Under the pieces are notes generated by a model. It saw only the letters and a list, made by a program, of their open reading frames with translations, made no database searches and was not told the origin of the DNA. A stretch of 64,000 nucleotides of DNA from Octopus sinensis. Taxonomy: Eukaryota. Of this stretch, positions 24,560-37,928 are shown piece by piece. The position numbers and the translations under genes are program-made. Position 1 is the stretch's first letter, and each line of letters starts with the position of its first letter. The stretch is from NCBI RefSeq assembly GCF_006345805.1, contig NW_021836169.1, forward strand, positions 1 through 64,000. Direction: 5' to 3'.

Positions 24560-25765
24560 TTATTAACTTTATAAACTAACACAAAATTTGAATTGTTTCC
24601 AACGGAATTTTTGTCCATTCTTCTGCTAAAACAGTCTCCAGTTCTTGTTGTGATGATGGTGGAGGATATCGACTCTTTACTTGGTTTTCTAAAATGCACC
24701 ATAAATGTTCAATAATATTGAGATCTATGAACTGTGGTAGCCAGATAAGATGTTCAACTTCACTAGAATGTTCCTCGTGCCCTTCGGTAAAAACTTTAGC
24801 TGTGTGAATTGGTGCATTATCCTCCTGAAAGATTGCATTTCCCTCCAGAAACAGTTCTGCAACCATAGGATGAATTTGATCAGATAAGATGCTTAAATAG
24901 TCTTGACTATTAATTCTGCCATGAAGGGAAACCATTGGGCTGGCGGATTTCCAAGATATACACCCCACCCGCCCACCAGATCATCACAAATCCTCCTCCA
25001 TGTTTAACAGTTGTAAGAAGGCAGTCTGGGTCAAATGCTTCTTTTGGCTGTCTCCACAGGTATACTCGGCCGGTGGTCGGAAATAAGGTAAAGGATGACT
25101 TGTCCGAATAACATTCTTATTTCTTTATTGCCCACTAGGGGCTAAACATAGAGAGGACAAACAAGGACAGACAAATGGATCAAGTCGATTACATCGATCC
25201 CCAATGCGTAACTGGTACTTAATTTATCGACCCCGAAAGGATGAAAGGCAAAGTTAACCTCGGCAGAACTTGAACTCAGAACGTAATGGCAGACAAAATA
25301 CCGTTACGTTCTGAGTTCAAATTGTTCCTCAAGCCATTCGGTGACAAATTTAGCTGTGTGAATTGGTGCATTATCACCCTGAAAGATTATGTTTCCCTCC
25401 AGAAACAGTTCCGCAACCATAGAATGAATTTAATCAGATAAAATGCTTAAATAGTCTTGACTATTAATTCTACCATGAAGGGAAACCATTGGGCCGGCAG
25501 ATTTCCAAGATATAGCCCCCACTCCTCAGATCATTACAGATCCTCCTCCATGTTTAACAGTTGGAAGAAGGCAGTCTGGGTCAAATGCTTCTTTTGGCTG
25601 TCTCCACACATATACTCGGCCAGTGGTTGGAAATAAAGTAAAGGATGACTTGTCCAAGAAAATAACATTCTTCCACAGCTCTAGGGACCAATTCTGTAGG
25701 TTTTCACTCCACTCTAAATGCTTTGAAAAGTTTGCTTTTAAAAGGGGTGGTTTCAGTCGAATGAA
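24560..25765 (-). mobile_element. Tc1-like transposase remnant (DD36E spacing), partly duplicated
   Basis: WKNVIFLDKSSF...KHGGGSVMI (ORF 25526-25828) and FQEDNAPIH...WLPQFIDLNIIEHLW (ORF 24576-24968). Confidence 0.9.
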
Positions 25766-26197
25766 GTGACCCCAGGACTTTTTCTCTCTTTGAAGCATGG
25801 TATTCGGTCTATTAGTGTCTTTTGCCAAACCACTAAGTTACAGGGACATAAACATACCAACACCGGTTCTCAAGTGGTGGTGGTGGTGGTGGCAGACAAA
25901 GACACACACATATACACACACATTCACACATGCATATATATATATATATATATACAATGGGCTTCTTTCAGTTTCCTTTTACCAAATCCACTTACAAGGC
26001 TTTAGTTGGCCCGAGGCTATGGTAAAAGGTATTTACCCACCCAAGGTGTCATGCAGTGGGACTGAACCCGGAACCATGTGATTGGAAGCTGTTGGATTTC
26101 CATACATGTATCTATGTGTTACACCTCTCTCTCTTTCTCTTTCTCTCTTTCTCTAACCATTATCTGTCTGACTGTCTCTCTATCTATCTATCTATAT

Positions 26198-26807
26198 GGC
26201 GAAAGAATGTATCTGGTGGACGCGTCTGAAAGGATTAGAGACAAACACTTTCCTCTCTGGTCAATCTCTCATCAACTTCTTCAAGTATCACTTGAAGAGG
26301 AAAGTGAGAGTAGAGAGGCAAGTTTTGTCTAGTGAATGTTTTAAAAAAAGATGGGTGAATGTAGCAAGAATGGCACGTATGAATGACGAAGCCACCTTGA
26401 CTATGATTCTATGAACCATAAAAATTAATACAGAGAGTTGCTTATTTGCAAAAAAAAAAAAAGAAATATAACATGTGACTTCATTGACCGAAGTTACCGT
26501 GGTCTTTTCCGTAGGCTTTTCTTTCCACGGGTAAACCTCACCTGTCCTCCCCTTTACACTTCATATTGACATTTCTGTGATTACGATCCCTATTGATCAA
26601 CTTTTTTCCCTCTCCTCCCCTTTTTTTTAAATCCTCCCCTTTTTTTGTCCTCTTTCTTTCCTTTTACGATCCCTTTTGATCGAAAACCAACCCCCCTTTT
26701 TTTACCCCCAAAAAGAAAAGCTCTACCTTGTAATTTGTCCTGTCTGTGTGCAGCCCTGTGTGGCTAATAAAGAAACATATCTGTCTATCTATCTATCTAT
26801 CTCTCTC

Positions 26808-26863
<56 letters not shown>

Positions 26864-26864
26864 C

Positions 26865-26908
<44 letters not shown>

Positions 26909-26933
26909 GTCTATCTATCTATCTATCTATCTA

Positions 26934-26982
<49 letters not shown>

Positions 26983-27378
26983 GTATCTGTCTGTCTGTCT
27001 TTCTTTCTATGGGTGAATGTAGCAAGGATGGCACGTATGAATGACGAAGCCACCTTGAACATAATCCTATGAACCCGGAAAAATTTAAAACAGAGATTTA
27101 CTTACTTGCAAATAAATGTGTTAACATGTGACATTATTGACCGAGGTTACCGTGGTCTTTTCCGTAGGCTTTTCTTTCCACAGATAAACCTTATCTGTTT
27201 CCCCCTTTACACTTTACATCGTGACATTTCTGTGATACACGATCCCTATTGATCGTTTTTTTTTATGATCCCTTTTAATCGAAAACCTACCCCCACATTT
27301 TTTCTCCCCAAAAAGAAAAGCTCTACTTTGTAATCTGTCCCGTCTGTATTCAGCCCAGTGTGGCCAATAAAGAAACTT
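26198..27378 (+). mobile_element. Two 5'-truncated Tx1-like LINE 3' ends embedded in (CTAT)n/(CTGT)n
   Basis: KECIWWTRLKGLET...FFKYHLKRKVRVERQVLS...RWVNVARMARMN, then a 3' UTR ending AATAAAGAAAC. Copy 1 is 26198-26778 and copy 2 is 27009-27378. Confidence 0.6.
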
Positions 27379-27391
27379 ATCTATCTATCTA

Positions 27392-27473
<82 letters not shown>

Positions 27474-27549
27474 CGTCCGTCCGTCTGTCTGTCTGTCTAT
27501 CCATCCATCCATCTCTCTCTCTCTCTCTATCTATCTATCTCTCTATCTG

Positions 27550-27588
<39 letters not shown>

Positions 27589-27591
27589 CTG

Positions 27592-27650
<59 letters not shown>

Positions 27651-27669
27651 GCATCTGTCTGTCTGTCTA

Positions 27670-27708
<39 letters not shown>

Positions 27709-27760
27709 ATCTATCTGTCTGTCTGTCCGTCTATGCCTGTCTGCCTGTCTGTCCTACTCT
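26779..27760. repeat. (CTAT)n/(CTGT)n/(CT)n microsatellites
   Basis: Tracts at 26779-27000 and 27379-27760. Confidence 0.95.
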
Positions 27761-28119
27761 CTACCACCTACATCCATATATATATATATATACATCATCA
27801 CCCATGGCTCCATCGTCATCCAGCCTACCCCACCACCACCTCCTCTTCCTCCACCTCCTCCGCCTCCTCCTCCTCTTCCTCCTCCCCCTCGATCTACGTC
27901 AGTGTTGCATGTTGCAGTCAGCATGCAACACTACGCTCGCACACAAAGCTGCAATCGGATCAATCAGCCGATCAATCTGTCAAAACAAAGCGGGACGAAC
28001 AGACAGACACATCATCATCGGAGGAGGGAGAGAGAGAGAGAGGGAGAGGGGGTGATGCACATAGGAGCATAGCTACACTACGAGTAATACATACCACCCA
28101 TCCACACATACATTTATAC

Positions 28120-28158
28120 ATATATGTGTGTGCGTGCATATACATATAAATACGTGTG

Positions 28159-28193
<35 letters not shown>

Positions 28194-28200
28194 GTATATA

Positions 28201-28231
<31 letters not shown>

Positions 28232-28496
28232 GTATATATATGTGTGTGTGTATATATATATGGATGTATAGATATATATATATATATGTATATATATGTA
28301 TATATATATATATTATATATATATGTATAATATATATATGTATATATATGTATATATATGTATATATATGTATATATGTATATATATATATATATGTTAT
28401 ATATATATGTATATGTATATGTATATGTATATATGTATATAATATATATATATGTATATATATATGTATATATATATTATATAATGTATATATATG

Positions 28497-28560
<64 letters not shown>
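28120..28560. repeat. (TA)n-rich microsatellite
   Basis: TA/TG repeats. A larger similar field lies at 36880-39545. Confidence 0.95.
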
Positions 28561-28561
<1 letters not shown>

Positions 28562-28681
28562 TCATCATCATTTAGCGTCCGTTTTCCATGCTAGCATGGG
28601 TTGGACGGGTCACTGGGGTCTGTGAAGCTGGAAGGCTTCGTCAGGCCCAGTCAGATCTGGCAGTGTTTCTACGGCTGGATG

Positions 28682-28720
<39 letters not shown>

Positions 28721-28971
28721 GTGTGTGTATGTATGTATTTGTGTGTTTATATGTCTGTGTGTGTATGCGTATAGAAACAGACAGACAGGCACAACAGTAA
28801 GAGAGAGAGAGACAGACAGATGTGTGGGTGTGTGCATGTATGGATACATATATGTATGTATGTGTGCATATCACTACATGGCACCTTGGTCGAGTGTCTT
28901 CTGCTATAGCCCCGGGCCGACCAAAGCCATGTGAGTGGATTTGGTAGATGGAAACTGAAAGAAGCCCATCG

Positions 28972-29002
<31 letters not shown>

Positions 29003-29242
29003 ATGTGTGTGTGTGTCTGTGTTTGTCTCCCCAACATCGCTTGACAACCGATGCTGGTGTGTTTACATCCCCATCACTTAGCGGTCCGGCAAAAGAGACC
29101 GATAGAATAAGTACTGGGCTTGCAAAAGAATAAGTCCTGGGTGGGGTCGATTTGTTCGACTAAAAAGCGGTGCTCCAGCATGGCCACAGCCAAATGCCTG
29201 AAGCAAATAAAAGAATACAAGAATATGTATGCATGTCTGTAC

Positions 29243-29281
<39 letters not shown>

Positions 29282-31679
29282 GCTGTCTCTACGCATCACT
29301 GCACACTTGTAGGAACTTATTAATGTCTATATAAACATTTTTGCATTGCTTCCATCTGCCAGGATCTTGTTTCAATCATTTGACTGTGGCCATGCTGGAG
29401 CACCACCTTTAGTCGAGCAACTCAACCCCAAGACATACTTTGTAAGCCTAGTATTTATTCTATCGATCGCTGTTGCTCAGCCGCTAAGTTACGGGGGACA
29501 TAAACACACCAACATCGGTTTCCAAATAACAGACACAAATAACAAATATATCTCTGTACTCTTTTACTTGTTTCAGTCATTTGACTGTGGCCATGCTGGA
29601 GCACTGCCTTTAGTCGAGCAAATCGACCCTGGGACTTATTCTTTGTAAGCCTAGCACTTATTCTCTCGACCTCTTTTGCCGAACCGCTAAGTTACGAGGA
29701 CGTAAACACACCATTGCTGGGAAACTCAGACTTTCCTGGTCACTCAAGTGGTCAGTCTAGTATATCATCATCATCATCATCATCATCATTTAACGTCCGC
29801 TTTCCATGCTGGCTATTGGTGGTTTCCTTTCCGTCTTTGGACATTTCACTTTTTCCTCTCCGATGAAGAGCTATGCTCAAAATGTCAAACTCTCTCCTTT
29901 CACCGTGCATCAAGTTAATATAATTCTTGTGCATTTCTTCATGTTTGATTTTTCTATTTTTTATTTGAATTTTTTTAATTTTGAATTGTTTGTTTATGTG
30001 AATTGACTATCATCATCATCATCATCATCATCGTTTAACGTCCGCTTTCCATGCTGGCATGGGTTGGACGATTTTGACTGAGGGCTGGGGAACCAGATGG
30101 TTGCACCAGGCTCCAATCGTGATCTGGCAGAGTTTCTACAGCTGCGTGCCCTTCCTAATGCCAACCACTCCGAGAGTGTAGTGGGTGCTTTTTAGGTGCC
30201 ACTGGCAAGGGGGCCGGTCGGGCGGTACTGGCAACGACCTTGCTCAAATGTTTTTACAAATTCCACTGCCACAAGTGCCAGTAAGGCGATGCTGGTAACA
30301 ATCACACTCGAATGGTGCCTTTTAAGTGCCACTGGCACAGAAGCCAGTTAGCCGCTCTGTCAACGGTCACCCTCTTACGGTGCTCTTTGCACCCTGTTAG
30401 CACGGATGCCAATCGTCAAATTTGATTTCGATTTCACTTGCCTCAACAGGTCTTTGCAAGCAGAGTCTATATATACACATATATATACTTTCTCTTTCTC
30501 TTTTTACTCTCTTTTACTTGTTTCAGTCATTTGACTGTGGCCATGCTGGAGCACCACCTTTAATCAAACAACTCAACCCCGGGACTTATTCTTTGTAAGC
30601 CCATTACTTATTCTATCGGTCTCTTTTTGCCGAACCGCTAAGTTACGGGGACATAAACATACCAGCATCGGTTGTCAAGCAATGCTAGGGAGACAAACAC
30701 AGACACACAAATACACACATATACATATATACGACAGACTTCTTTCAGTTTCCATCTACCAAATCCACTCACAAGGCTTTTGTTGGCCCGAGGCTATAGT
30801 AGAAGACACTTGCCCAAGATGCCACGCAGTGGGACTGAACCCGAAACCATGTGGTTGGTAAGCAAGCTACTTACCACATAGCCACTCCTGCCCCTATATG
30901 TACAAAACTTTAATGCATTCTCAACCCTTTCTTATCATTTTTCTCATTTATACATCATCATCATCATCATCGTTTAGCGTCCGTTTTCCATGCTAGCATG
31001 GGTTGGAGGGTTCAACTGGGGTCTGGGAAGCCAGAAGGCTGTGCCAGGCTCCAGTCTGATCTGGAAGTGTTTCTACAGCTGAATGCCCTTCCTAACACCA
31101 ACCACTCCGTGAGTGTAGTGGGTGCTTTTTACATGCCACCGGCACAGATCCTGTGGGGAGTCTGGCGAACTGCCACACTCGGACGGTGCTTTTTACGTGC
31201 CACCGGCACGGAGGCCAGACGAGGCTGGCAAACGGCCACGCTCGGACGGTGCTTTTTATGTGCCACCAGCACAGAGGCCAGTCGATGCAGTGCTGGCTAC
31301 GGCCACATTCAGATGGTTCTCTTATGTACCACTGGCACTGGTACCACAACTACAAATTCCATTGATGTTGATCAATTTCGATTTTGATTTGATATTTTAA
31401 TTTATACAGTATTAATAAAATACATAAACAGATATTGTATTCTATGCTTTATAAAACATACACATGTTTTGATAATTTCTTGTCAGGATTACATAATTGC
31501 TGTTGAAACATTAAATAACCTTGTTAATACACCTCTTCAGTGTTCAGCAAGAAATACTATGGGTTGATACCCTATGCAGTGCTTATATTCTCTACACTAT
31601 ATATGGATATATTAGAGAGGATCTCTTTGTATGTATATACATGTATGTGTGTGTATGTATATATATATATATATATATA

Positions 31680-31900
31680 GGGAGAGAATTCACGAAAAAA
31701 CAAAAGACGAAGATAGGTGGTGTAGAAAACAAACAGATGTATTAGTATAACGATTGAGAAGTGAAAAAGTCTTTAACGTTTCAAGCCTATGCTCTTCCAC
31801 AGAAAGGGACACAGGAAAAATAAGGAGAGAAAAAAAAAGGAGAGGAAATAAAAACAAGGAGAGAAAAAAAATGTGTGTAGTGGCTACCGATCTATCATGT
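31680..31900 (-). mobile_element. Penelope-like terminal repeat remnant with a hammerhead-like motif
   Basis: Minus strand reads CTTT-CTGTGGA-AGAGCATAGGCTT-GAAAC-GTT-AAAG. A homologous block lies at 55370-55560 (+), with related blocks at 29830-30005, 54330-54480 and 56975-57100. Confidence 0.5.
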
Positions 31901-32118
31901 CGAATGATATATATATATATATATATATTAGGGTCATGCCACTTAGGTACTCAACGCAGGTTGTGCCAATCTAGAATAATTTCTCCTTGGTCTTCGTCTC
32001 TTGATGTTGAAATTAGTAGCATGTTGTTTCAAACTCAAAATACAATTAGATTGTTTTGTTGTGTTCCTCTTTGATACATTATGAAAGGAAGAAATGAAAT
32101 TGAAGTATTGTTGTTGAA

Positions 32119-32643
32119 CCCTTTTGATACCAACCTGGCTGAAACCACCTCTGGCTCTCTGTAGTACAAATGTCTTGTTTTCATAAGTTCTGAATTAAAA
32201 TCTTCCACCAAACCTTAGTCACAATTTATGTTCCTAACACTAGCTTAAGGATAAGTTATTTTACTAAATTCTTTGTTATATTTAAAATTAATTGAAAGAA
32301 ACACAGAGCATCTCAACAGAAATATGGTAACAAAAGGGTTAAAGACAGTCAGTCAAATGTGCCTTCAATTTGCACAAGATTTGGCTGCTATTTCTAACAA
32401 GTGTAACAAAATCTGCAAATTTACCCTTTTGATACCAACCCAGCTGAAACCACCTCTGGCTCTGTCGTACAAATGTCTTGTTTTCATAAGTTTTGAATTG
32501 AAATCTTCCACCAAACCTTAGTCACAATTTATGTTCCTAACACTAGCTTAAGGATAACTATGTTATTTTATTAAATTTTTTTTATATTTAAAATAATTGA
32601 ATGAAACACAGAACATCTCAAAATAAATACAATAATGAAAGGG
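32119..32643. mobile_element. Two piggyBac-like MITEs (~220 bp each)
   Basis: Copy 1 (32119-32339): TTGAA|CCCTTTTGATACC...GGTAACAAAAGGG|TTAA. Copy 2 (32424-32643) is a close homologue with a decayed right TIR. Confidence 0.75.
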
Positions 32644-33204
32644 TTTTTGGATTTGGTTTGCAAGATTCTTTATGTGGGTTCATGTGTTGAAGCATATTCT
32701 GTTGTGTCTAGGGAGAGTCATTTTCTTTTTGTGCCTTATAATGTATCACACTCACAGGTAAAATTTCCACTTTATTCTTATTTTTATTTTCCTAAAATTT
32801 TCGTTGCGTCTTGCAACCTTTTCAATAGTTTTGACTATTTGTGATGCTGTTATTGTTAGTGGAGGTGGTGGTGGTGGTGGTGGAGGTGGTGGTGGTGCTG
32901 GTGGTGGTGGAGGTACTGCTGATGATGATGATGATGATGAAGGGTTAAATTTACCTTTCATCATACATCATCATCATCATCATCGTTCAACGTCCGCTTT
33001 CCATGCTAGCATGGGTTGGATGGTTCAACTGGGGTCTGTGAAGCCAGAAGGCTGCACCAGGCCCAGTCTGATCTGGCAATGTTTCTACAGCTGGATGCCC
33101 TTCCTAACGCCAACCACTCCGTGAGTGTAGTGGGTGCTTTTTACGTGCCACCAGCACAGGTGCCAGTCGAGGCTGGCATCAGCCACAATCGGATAGTGCT
33201 TTTT

Positions 33205-34265
33205 ACGTTCCACCGCACGGAGGCCAGTCGGGGTGGCGCTGGCACAGCCCATTTGGATGGTTTCTTACGTGCCACCGGCATTGAGGCCAGTAGGGGCGGT
33301 GCTGGCAACAGCCACATTCGGATGGTTCTCTTACATACCACTGGCACGGAGGCCAGTCGGGGCAGCGCTGGCAACAGCCACAATCGGATGGTTCTCTTAC
33401 ATACCACTGGCACGGAGGCCAGTCGGGGTGGCGCTGGCAACAGCCACATTTGGATGGTTCTCTTACATACTACTGGCACGGAGGCCAGTCGGGGCAGCGC
33501 TGGCAACAGCCACATTCGGATGGTTCTCTTACATGCCACCGGCACGGAGGCCAGTCGGGGCAGCGCTGGCAACAGCCACATTCGGATGGTTCTCTTACAT
33601 GCCACCGGCACGGAGGCCAGTCGGGGCAGCGCTGGCAACAGCCACATTCGGATGGTTCTCTTACATGCCACCAGCACGGAGGCCAGTCGGGGCGGCGCTG
33701 GCAACAGCCACAATCGGATGGTTCTCTTACGTGCCACCTGCACGGAGGCCAGTCGGGGCGGTGCTGGCAACAGCCACATTCGGATGGTTCTCTTACATGC
33801 CACCGCACGGAGGCCAGTCGGGCATCGCTGGCAAAGCCACATTCGGATGGTTCTCTTACATGCCACCAGCACGGAGGCCAGTCGGGGCGGCGCTGGCAAC
33901 AGCCACAATCGGATGGTTCTCTTACGTGCCACCTGCACGGAGGCCAGTCGGGGCGGCGCTGCAACAGCCACATTCGGATGGTCTCTTACATGCCACCGGC
34001 ACGGAGGCAGTCGGGGCCCGCTGGCAACAGCCACATTCAATGGTTCTCTTACGTGCACCTGCACGGAGGCCAGTCGGGGCAGCGCTGGCAACAGCCACAT
34101 TCGGATGGTTCTCTTACATGCCACCAGCACGGAGGCCAGTCGGGGCGGCGCTGGCAACAGCCACAATCGGATGGTTCTCTTACGTGCCACCTGCACGGAG
34201 GCCAGTCGGGGCGGCGCTGGCAACAGCCACATTCAGATGGTTCTCTTACGTGTCACCGGCACTGG
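33205..34265. repeat. 66-bp GC-rich minisatellite (~16 copies) inside a family D element
   Basis: Unit GGCACGGAGGCCAGTCGGGGCAGCGCTGGCAACAGCCACATTCGGATGGTTCTCTTACATGCCACC, e.g. starting at 33541 and 33607. Confidence 0.95.
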
Positions 34266-34699
34266 TATCTCAGCTACAATTTCCATTGATGTTGATCGAT
34301 TTCGATTTTCACTTGCCTCAACTGGTCTTCTGTAATATTTATAAATGACATTAAGGTTTCATTTGGTGGAGGTGACCCCTGCTCCATATACAATGGCTTC
34401 AGCACTCCTTGCTGAAATATGTCTTTGAATTTCTACAGGTGAAGTTAGCCTCATTAAATGTTATTATTTCAATATATAAATGTATGAGTCCCAATGGCTG
34501 TAGTGCTGAACTCCCAATCATAAAGTCATGGTTTCAATTCCCCCGAATGGATATCAAATTGTCTTCTTAAGCAAAACACTTCATTTCATATTGTTTCAAT
34601 CTACACTGCTAAAAATGAGGGCAACTGAAGTTCTGGAGTAGCCCTTCTCTAGGGGCATTGGTTTTTAGGGGGTCTAAAATTACAAAAGAATTCATAAGG

Positions 34700-35870
34700 C
34701 AGCGGCTTCTTCTTCTTCTTCTTCCTTTTCTTCATTTTCTTCTTTTTCTTCATCTTCTTTCTTCTTCTTTTTCTTCGTCTTCTTTCTTCTTCTTCTCTTT
34801 CTCTTTCTTCTCCTTCCTCTTCTTCTCCTTCTCCTTCTTCGTCTCTGTCTCTTCTTCTTCTACTACCTTTCTTCTTTTCTTCCTTCTCTTTCCCTTCTTC
34901 TCTTCTTCTCTTTCTTTCTTCTTCTCTTTCTTCTTCTTCTTCTTCTTCTTCTTCCAGTCGTCAGTCTCCAATCTGTCTCCAACCTTCAGTTTTTCTCTCT
35001 CCAGTCTTCAATCTTCTATCTTCAGTCTTTAATCTTTTGTCTTCCATCTTCTGCCTTCAAACTTCTGTCTTCAATCATTAGTCTTCAATTTTTTCTTCAA
35101 TCATTAGTCTTCAGTCTTGTATCATCCATCTTCAGTTCATTGCCCTCAATCACACACCCGGCTTCTTAGCTTTTCTACCATTCTCTCTCTCTCTCTCTCC
35201 TTCTTTCTCTCTCTCTCTTTATCTCCCTCTTTCTCTCTCCTTCTCTCTCTCTCCTTATCTCTCTCTCTCATTCTCTCTTTATTATAATATCTTTTATCTC
35301 TCTCTCCTCTCATCTCTCCTCATCCCTCTCTCTATCTTTTAATCTCTTCTATCTATCTCTCTTTCTCTCTCTTTCTCTCTCTTTCTCTCTCCCTCTTTCT
35401 CTCTCCCTCTTTCTCTCTCCTTCTCTCTCTCCTCATTCTCTCTTTATCTTTCTCTCTTTCTCTCTCTTTCTCTCTCTTTCTCTCTCTCTCCCTTTATCTC
35501 CTCTCTTTTCTCTTTCTCCTCTCCTTTTCCTCTTTCTCCCTCTCTCTTTCTCTCTCCTTTTTCTCTTTCCTCTCTCTTTATCTCCCTCTTCTCTCTTTCT
35601 CAGTCTCTCTCTCTTTTTTCTATCTCTCTCTCTCTCTCTCTCTCTTTCCCCTCTCCCCTCCCTCCCTCTCCCTATCCATCCATCCATCCAGCTCCTATCT
35701 ATTTCTAGCGCCTCTCTCTCTGTTTCCTCTCTTTCTCTCTCCCTCTCCGTTTTCTCTTTCCTCTCTTTTATTCTCTCCCCTCCCTCTCCCTATCCATCCA
35801 TCTGGCTCCTATCTATTTCCAGCGCCTCCCTCTCTCCCTCTCTCCTAATCTCTTCTCTCTTCTCTCCATC
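34700..35870. repeat. Polypyrimidine (CTT)n/(CT)n low-complexity tracts
   Basis: Almost purine-free + strand at 34710-34960 and 35180-35870. Confidence 0.9.
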
Positions 35871-36174
35871 TCCAAGTCGTTTGGTTCAAACCACTTCTAT
35901 TATTTATTTTACTAACATAACACACACATTTACATATCTATACACACGGTATACACACGGTATACACCACTTGTATACACAAGAAAACACACACATACAC
36001 GCACACACACGCATATCTATACACACACACACACGCATACATATATATATGTACGCACATACAGACACACAAACATACACACACACACACATATATATAT
36101 ATATGTATGCACACACACACACACACACTTCCAGAGCCATCTTCCCACTTTGTCTCCAAAGCCAACCACAACAA

Positions 36175-36445
36175 TAGTAGTAGTAGTAGTAGTAGTAATA
36201 GAGGGTGTTGGTAATGGTGGTGATGGTGGTGGTGGCGATGATGGCGGGGGGGATGCTGTTATTGTTAGTGGTGGTGGTGGTGCTGATGATGATGATGGTG
36301 AGGGTGGTGAGGGTGGTGATAGGGGGGGGGCTCCGGTGATGCTGATGTTTGCGGCAACGGGTGGTGGGTGGCAACGGGTGGTGGCGGCGGTGGTGGTGAC
36401 CGATAATGGCGATGACGATGGTGATGATGATGATGATGATCATGA

Positions 36446-36476
<31 letters not shown>

Positions 36477-36690
36477 GATGATAGTGGTGGCAATGTAGGT
36501 GATGGTGATGGGGTTGGTAGTAGTAATAGTGGTAGGAGTAGTAGTAGTAGTAGTAGTAGTAATGGTTGTAGTAGTAGTAGTAGTAATGGTAGTAGTGCCC
36601 TTGGTGGCGGCGTCGATGGTTATGGTGGGTGCTTGTTGCTGTAGTAGTAGGTAGGTAGGTAGGTGGTAGGTGGTGGTGGTCATGGTGATA
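36175..36690. repeat. Compound trinucleotide repeat (AGT/GGT/GAT)n
   Basis: Mixed triplet runs. A comparable (CTA/CAC)n field lies at 39955-40375. Confidence 0.85.
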
Positions 36691-36943
36691 GCGCGCTAGT
36701 AGCAGTTTGTAGTCAGTCGTCCGAGCGCTGCAAAACACACAACATTTTCAGGGGCCTGGCATCTTCTTCTTCTCGTCCGCTGCCGACATCCATTCATTCA
36801 TTCATTCATAGGGAAAACACTCCACCGCGACCACCACGGCGAGGAGGAGGCGGAGAGAGAAAGGGTGAACCACGGCTGACACACACACACACACTATATA
36901 TATATATATATACACACTATATATATACACACACACTATATAT

Positions 36944-36992
<49 letters not shown>

Positions 36993-37895
36993 CAACCCTT
37001 GTCACTCGGCTACTGACGTCACGTGCTGTATACACATTTATATGTTGACATACATACATATATAATATATATAAAGAGAGAGAGAGAGTGAGTGAGAGAG
37101 AGGAGCGTGCATATATACATATATATACATACATATACACATACACGCACACATATATATATATATATATATTATACACAAACACACACATACACACGAA
37201 CCGAACGGGTATATATACGAAGACACACACACATATATATATATACACATACACACACATATATATACATACATATACACATACACGCACATATATATAT
37301 ATTATACACAAACACACATACACACGAACGGGTATATATACCAAGACACACACACACACATATATATATATACTTATACATACATATACGTACATTACTG
37401 CATATACTCTGACAAGTTGTGGGGCACCTCAACACTGTATACAATAATTTCATTATATATATTATTATATATATACACATACACGCACATATATATATAT
37501 ATTATACACACGCGCACACTCGAACGGGTATATATACGAAGACACACACACACACACACATATATATATATGTGTGTATGCATACTTTTGTGTGTATAAT
37601 ATATACATATATAGATATTTAGACGGTTGCTCCAGCGTGACCGTGTCTTGATGCTTGGAACGAACTGAAGAAAACGTACGCACGCAGATAAATATATATA
37701 CACACATATATACATACATACGTTTATATATACATCATGCGAATGAGTTGACAGCGATGTTTGCTCCAGTATGACCATGTCATAACACCCAAAGCGAACC
37801 AAAGACATTATATATATATATATATATATATACATACATTATTTATATTATATATACATATATATATACAAAACACCACCACGCACCTGCTACTA

Positions 37896-37928
<33 letters not shown>

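Noticed and set aside
33016-34348. Five long overlapping ORFs (167-439 aa)
   Set aside because: All are explained by a stop-poor 66-bp unit inside a retroposon; the same unit occurs in non-coding copies elsewhere in the window.
36150-36740. Asp/Gly/Ser-rich or His-rich protein
   Set aside because: Open in several frames on both strands because it is compound triplet repeat; there is no unique coding segment or codon signal to choose a frame.
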